A stretch of 64,000 nucleotides of DNA from contig JBIOWE010000006.1 in the NCBI GenBank assembly GCA_044868145.1, positions 78,558 through 142,557 on the forward strand, read 5' to 3'. A model generated the notes under the pieces. It did no database searches. It worked only from the letters and a program-made list of their open reading frames with translations, and had not been told where the DNA came from. Each line of letters begins with the position of its first letter. Position 1 is the stretch's first letter. Made by a program: the position numbers and the translations under genes. Source of the stretch: Patescibacteria group bacterium (GTDB taxonomy: Bacteria; Patescibacteriota; Patescibacteriia; UBA10025; JBIOWE01). Positions 59,940-64,000 of this stretch are shown piece by piece.

Positions 59940-61469
59940 ATGCGTAAAATCGTCAACATATTTTTTTCACTCATCCTGCTCGGCACGTATTTCTTTGCGC
60001 CATTGAACGCACAGGCGTACGATGATCCGCTGCGACTCCGTTTCGCCATGGAGGCCATCCAACATGGGTACACAGCGGAATATCGCAATGCGGATTTTCG
60101 TTTGGCCGTCATGCCCAATCTAGTGAACGAAGCAATTACGCTTGAGATGAAACAGTTTGATGGTGCCGCTGAACTACCATTGCTGGACGGCAAGAAGCTG
60201 GTGAGCGACTACTTTATTTACGATATTTTAAGCCAGGCGGGTAACAACCCCATAGCTTTGAACCGCCCGCTCATTCTTGCGGTTCGTTTTCAATCCGACA
60301 CGCTTTATCGAAAAGTGATCCATTACTGGGCGAGTAACAAGCAACAATGGATACCGCTTCCTTCCACCACAGACTACACCGGCCGCTATGTTCGCGCGTA
60401 TTCCCATCTGCCTTTTTCTCGTATCGCGGTTTTTGAAGATCCGAATTCGTTTGAAGGCGTTGCGTCGTGGTACAGAGATTCCCGTTACCCGTATGGAGCT
60501 GCGATTGATGCGTACCCGATCGGCACCAAGCTGCGCGTCACGAGCATTGAAAATAATATATCAATTATTGTTCAGGTAACGTCTCACGGGTTGAACGCCC
60601 CTGGACGAGTCATTGATCTGACCTCGAACGGTTTCAGCAAGCTCGCGCCGCTCTCGCAAGGGTTAACGCGCGTAAAAGTTGAACCGGTTGATGGACTTGT
60701 GCTTGGCCTGCAGGCGCCTGGGCCAGCCGCGCCTGCTATAGTTTCAAAAGCCGCTATTGCTATCAATGAAAAGACGGGCGCAATTTTGTACGTGAAAAAT
60801 AAGGATATGCGACTGCCCATGGCGAGTCTAACGAAAATCATGACCGCCACCGTTTTTTTGGAGATGAACATACCGTGGGATAAAGTCGTGACCTACCAGG
60901 CGCAAGATAATGCGATTGGCTCGAAGCTCTATGTCAATGTCGGCGATACGATGACCGTGAAGGATTTGTATTATACAAGCCTTGTTGGTTCAGCGAATAA
61001 CGCCACGAATGCGCTCGTGCGCTCTACAGGACTTTCGCGGGCGGATTTTGTTAACCGCATGAACGCTAAGGCGAGCGCGTGGGGACTGACGAATACGCAC
61101 TTTGCTGATGTAACTGGGCTGGATCCCGCAAACGTCACGACAGTCGGGGATTACGCCGTTCTCGCCACTCGCGCGTTGAAGGACTTTCGCCTTCTGCAGG
61201 GCACAACCACGCACAGTTACTCTTTTACCACAATCAATACTGGGGTGGCACATACCATTGTGAATAAAGACAAAATGGTGGACAGCTCCTGGTATATTTC
61301 TGGAACAAAAACTGGCTATCTTGACGAAGCGTTGTATTGTCTCATGACAAAAGCGCGTAAGGACAAGCTGTCCTCGCCGGACGTTATTACTGTCGTGCTC
61401 GGCAGCGGATCAGACGCTCAACGTTACGCGGAAACGAATGCGCTTATTCAGTACGCCCTAAGTAAGTAG
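59940..61469 (+). CDS. Exported peptidase S11 (D-Ala-D-Ala carboxy/endopeptidase) fused to an RlpA-like DPBB domain
   Basis: Signal peptide; GVASWY...YPIGTKLRVT...GRVIDLT...FSKLAPLSQGL; catalytic SLTK, SAN and KTG motifs. Confidence 0.88.
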   Translation: MRKIVNIFFSLILLGTYFFAPLNAQAYDDPLRLRFAMEAIQHGYTAEYRNADFRLAVMPNLVNEAITLEMKQFDGAAELPLLDGKKLVSDYFIYDILSQAGNNPIALNRPLILAVRFQSDTLYRKVIHYWASNKQQWIPLPSTTDYTGRYVRAYSHLPFSRIAVFEDPNSFEGVASWYRDSRYPYGAAIDAYPIGTKLRVTSIENNISIIVQVTSHGLNAPGRVIDLTSNGFSKLAPLSQGLTRVKVEPVDGLVLGLQAPGPAAPAIVSKAAIAINEKTGAILYVKNKDMRLPMASLTKIMTATVFLEMNIPWDKVVTYQAQDNAIGSKLYVNVGDTMTVKDLYYTSLVGSANNATNALVRSTGLSRADFVNRMNAKASAWGLTNTHFADVTGLDPANVTTVGDYAVLATRALKDFRLLQGTTTHSYSFTTINTGVAHTIVNKDKMVDSSWYISGTKTGYLDEALYCLMTKARKDKLSSPDVITVVLGSGSDAQRYAETNALIQYALSK

Positions 61470-61472
61470 GTC

Positions 61473-62144
61473 ATGGCGTTTCTCGCGTTGCAGAACGTTT
61501 CTAAGGTGTATGATGTTGGCAAGCCGAATGAATACCGGGCTCTTCAGGGTGTTACCCTCGAGATTAATCGAGGCGAATTTGTCGCGGTGATGGGAGTGTC
61601 GGGATCCGGCAAATCAACGCTCATGCATATCCTTGGTTGCCTGGATAAGCCCACATCTGGCTCATTCGTCTTGGACGGTGAGAACGTGAGCGAGAAAAAA
61701 GCAAAAGACCTTGTCATGATCCGACGTAAAAAAATCGGATTTATTTTTCAAACATTTAATCTTTTGCCGAGATTATCGTCATTGGCGAACATTGAACTTC
61801 CTCTTATTTACAATCGCGTGCCGTCCACTGAGCGCAAGCAGCGAAGCTTGGCAATGTTGGACAGGGTTGGCTTAAAAGAACGCAGTCAGCACAAGCCCTC
61901 AGAACTTTCTGGCGGAGAACAGCAGCGCGTTGCAATCGCACGAGCGCTCGTGAACAACCCGTCTGTTATCCTTGCCGACGAACCAACCGGTAACCTTGAC
62001 ACAAAAAGCGGGGGAGAGATTATGACCATCCTTGAGAAGCTCAATCGTACAGGTACAACCATCATTGTCGTAACCCATGACCCGGCTATCGCTTCGCGCG
62101 CAAAAAGAACCATACGCATTCAGGACGGCGCTATTCTTACCTAA
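61473..62144 (+). CDS. ABC transporter ATP-binding protein (MacB/LolD type)
   Basis: [47 protein letters not shown]. Confidence 0.96.
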   Translation: MAFLALQNVSKVYDVGKPNEYRALQGVTLEINRGEFVAVMGVSGSGKSTLMHILGCLDKPTSGSFVLDGENVSEKKAKDLVMIRRKKIGFIFQTFNLLPRLSSLANIELPLIYNRVPSTERKQRSLAMLDRVGLKERSQHKPSELSGGEQQRVAIARALVNNPSVILADEPTGNLDTKSGGEIMTILEKLNRTGTTIIVVTHDPAIASRAKRTIRIQDGAILT

Positions 62145-62155
62145 CCCATTCTTTT

Positions 62156-63373
62156 ATGATACTGGAAAATATAAAGCTCGCACTCCTCGCCATTTGGACG
62201 AAAAAACTTCGTTCGTTTCTGACGATGCTCGGTGTGCTCATAGGTGTTTTTTCCATCACAACCCTGCTTGGTATTGGTCAAGGCGTCAAACAATCGGTTA
62301 CGCAAGAGGTGCAAGATTTCGGAACGAATCTGCTTTTTATCTTGCCGGGCCAACTCGTTGGCTCTGGCGGCGGCTTTAACCCATCGGCTTCAGTCGGCGC
62401 GTCGACCCTTACACAACAGGATATCGATACTCTTCGAACGTTGCCCGACGTCGAAGCGGTATCTCCGATTTCTCTGGCGTCCGGCCTACTGAAAGCCGAC
62501 GGCAGGTCCGAGAGTGGCCTTTTGGTCTTGGGTACGACGTCGGAAAACGATGAGATTCGCAATTTGGAGGTTATACAGGGAAGATTCATCGAACCAGATG
62601 ATGAAACAAAAAAGGCTCGCATTGTCGTGTTGGGCAGCGGAGCCGCCACGGCGCTTTTTCCCGATACCGCCGAACTTGCAGGAAAAACGATTACGTTCAG
62701 GAATGAAAGTTTTACCGTGATCGGGCTTCTGAAACAAACGGTTTCTAATGCCTCGTTCAGTGGCCCCAACTTTGATACAGCCGCCTACTTCCCGTTTTCA
62801 ACACTCGCTGACGTTACGGGTTCTTCCCAAATATTCCGCATTGCCGCCAAGGTACGATCCGCTGATCGGGTTGAAGCCGCCAAGGAGACAGTGAAACAAA
62901 CGATGTTGGCCAACCATGGAGGTGAAGAGGACTTCACAGTTTTAACGCAGGACGATCTTCTGAAAGTGTTTAATAGTATTCTTGGCGTTCTCACGGCGAT
63001 GGTGTCGGCAATTGCCGGCATCTCCTTAGTTGTCGGAGGTATTGGCATTATGAATACCATTCTTGTGGCAGTGACCGAGCGAACACGGGAAATCGGACTA
63101 CGCAAAGCTCTTGGTGCGTCTTCGGCAGACATTTTTGTCCAGTTTCTGACCGAAGCGGTTGTTCTCGGTATTTTTGGTGGGGTTGCCGGCATCGCGCTTG
63201 CTATTGTTGTCGGTATTGTCGTAAAGGCCCAAACGCCGCTTTCCATTGTCTTGAGTCCAACGTATATCGTCCTCGCAATCGCATTCTCCGTTGTGGTGGG
63301 TGTGCTGTTTGGCGTGCTCCCGGCCATCCGCGCGTCTCGACTGAACCCGATTGATGCGCTAAAATACGAGTAA
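62156..63373 (+). CDS. ABC transporter permease (MacB/FtsX-like)
   Basis: KLRSFLTMLGVLIG, VGGIGIMN, VTERTREIGLRKALGA, PAIRASRLNPIDALKYE. Confidence 0.96.
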   Translation: MILENIKLALLAIWTKKLRSFLTMLGVLIGVFSITTLLGIGQGVKQSVTQEVQDFGTNLLFILPGQLVGSGGGFNPSASVGASTLTQQDIDTLRTLPDVEAVSPISLASGLLKADGRSESGLLVLGTTSENDEIRNLEVIQGRFIEPDDETKKARIVVLGSGAATALFPDTAELAGKTITFRNESFTVIGLLKQTVSNASFSGPNFDTAAYFPFSTLADVTGSSQIFRIAAKVRSADRVEAAKETVKQTMLANHGGEEDFTVLTQDDLLKVFNSILGVLTAMVSAIAGISLVVGGIGIMNTILVAVTERTREIGLRKALGASSADIFVQFLTEAVVLGIFGGVAGIALAIVVGIVVKAQTPLSIVLSPTYIVLAIAFSVVVGVLFGVLPAIRASRLNPIDALKYE

Positions 63374-63378
63374 GGGCA

Positions 63379-64000
63379 ATGATTCAATTCAAAAACGTTT
63401 CAAAAATCTATCCTCCAGACACGTACGCGCTACGTAACGTAAGCGTTGATATCGCGTCGGGCGAATTTGTTTCCGTTGTGGGTCAGTCGGGGACCGGTAA
63501 AACGACCTTCGTTAAGCTTGTTATTGCCGAAGAACGCCCCACAAAGGGCCGCGTCGTTATTGGCGACTGGGATATTACAGATATTCAACCAAAGGAAATA
63601 CCCATTCTCCGGCGACAGATCGGGGTTGTGTATCAGGATTTTAAGCTCTTGCAAAAAAAGACCGTTTACGAGAACGTGGCGTTTGCGCTTGAGGTGACGT
63701 TTGCGGACTCTGAAAAAACCAAGAACATCGTTCCCCAGGTGTTGAAAATCGTCGGTTTAGAGAATAAGGCGCAACGATTCCCGACCCAGCTGTCCGGCGG
63801 CGAGCAGCAACGCGTGTCCATTGCGCGGGCGCTCGTGCATCGGCCGAAGATTCTCGTGGCGGACGAGCCGACGGGCAACCTTGATTCCATTAATTCGCAA
63901 GAAATCGTCAATCTCCTGCGTAAAATTAATGAGTTCGGCACGACCGTTGTGCTCGTAACCCACAATCGGGAAATCGTGAATGCGCTTCGCAAGCGCGTTA
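63379..64000 (+). CDS. ftsE: Cell division ATP-binding protein FtsE (3' truncated by window edge)
   Basis: [57 protein letters not shown]; absent from the ORF track because the stop is outside the window. Confidence 0.92.
   Translation, partial: MIQFKNVSKIYPPDTYALRNVSVDIASGEFVSVVGQSGTGKTTFVKLVIAEERPTKGRVVIGDWDITDIQPKEIPILRRQIGVVYQDFKLLQKKTVYENVAFALEVTFADSEKTKNIVPQVLKIVGLENKAQRFPTQLSGGEQQRVSIARALVHRPKILVADEPTGNLDSINSQEIVNLLRKINEFGTTVVLVTHNREIVNALRKRV

Noticed and set aside
59447-60193. 248-aa minus-strand ORF in the track
   Set aside because: The upstream part runs through tRNA genes and antisense to the peptidase gene; only the 87 aa from ATG 59710 is a recognisable GIY-YIG protein.

Overview
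A gene-dense chromosomal segment from a reduced-genome bacterium. Gene content and protein style suggest Patescibacteria/CPR (inference), using genetic code 11 with TGA as stop. It carries mostly housekeeping genes: the F1Fo ATP synthase operon (atpFHAGDC), a UvrD-nuclease fusion, pheST, gyrB, secE-nusG-rplK-rplA, thyX, tmk, gatB, carAB, miaA, thrS, dnaE, rodA, rplY, prmC-prfA-rpmE, rpsB-tsf, rpmG, msrA/msrB, an ftsB-like gene, a PPIase, a DD-peptidase, a MacAB-type ABC pair and ftsE, plus small accessory genes. The most striking signal is at the tRNA loci (52.66-53.85 kb and 59.29-59.91 kb). tRNA genes there are split by GC-rich inverted-repeat inserts, and several inserts carry a different, sequence-divergent copy of the same isoacceptor. 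tRNA-Trp(CCA) is nested three deep. A tRNA-Gly(CCC) sits antisense inside the T-loop of another tRNA-Gly(CCC). Thr(GGU), Thr(UGU) and Thr(CGU) each have broken relics beside an intact copy. One intact and one truncated small GIY-YIG endonuclease gene lie in these same loci, and the intact one is flanked by a duplicated tRNA 3' end. This looks like a nuclease-associated system that targets and replaces tRNA genes. At least three other families of small intergenic repeats are also visible. All calls come from reading the sequence; no database searches were run.
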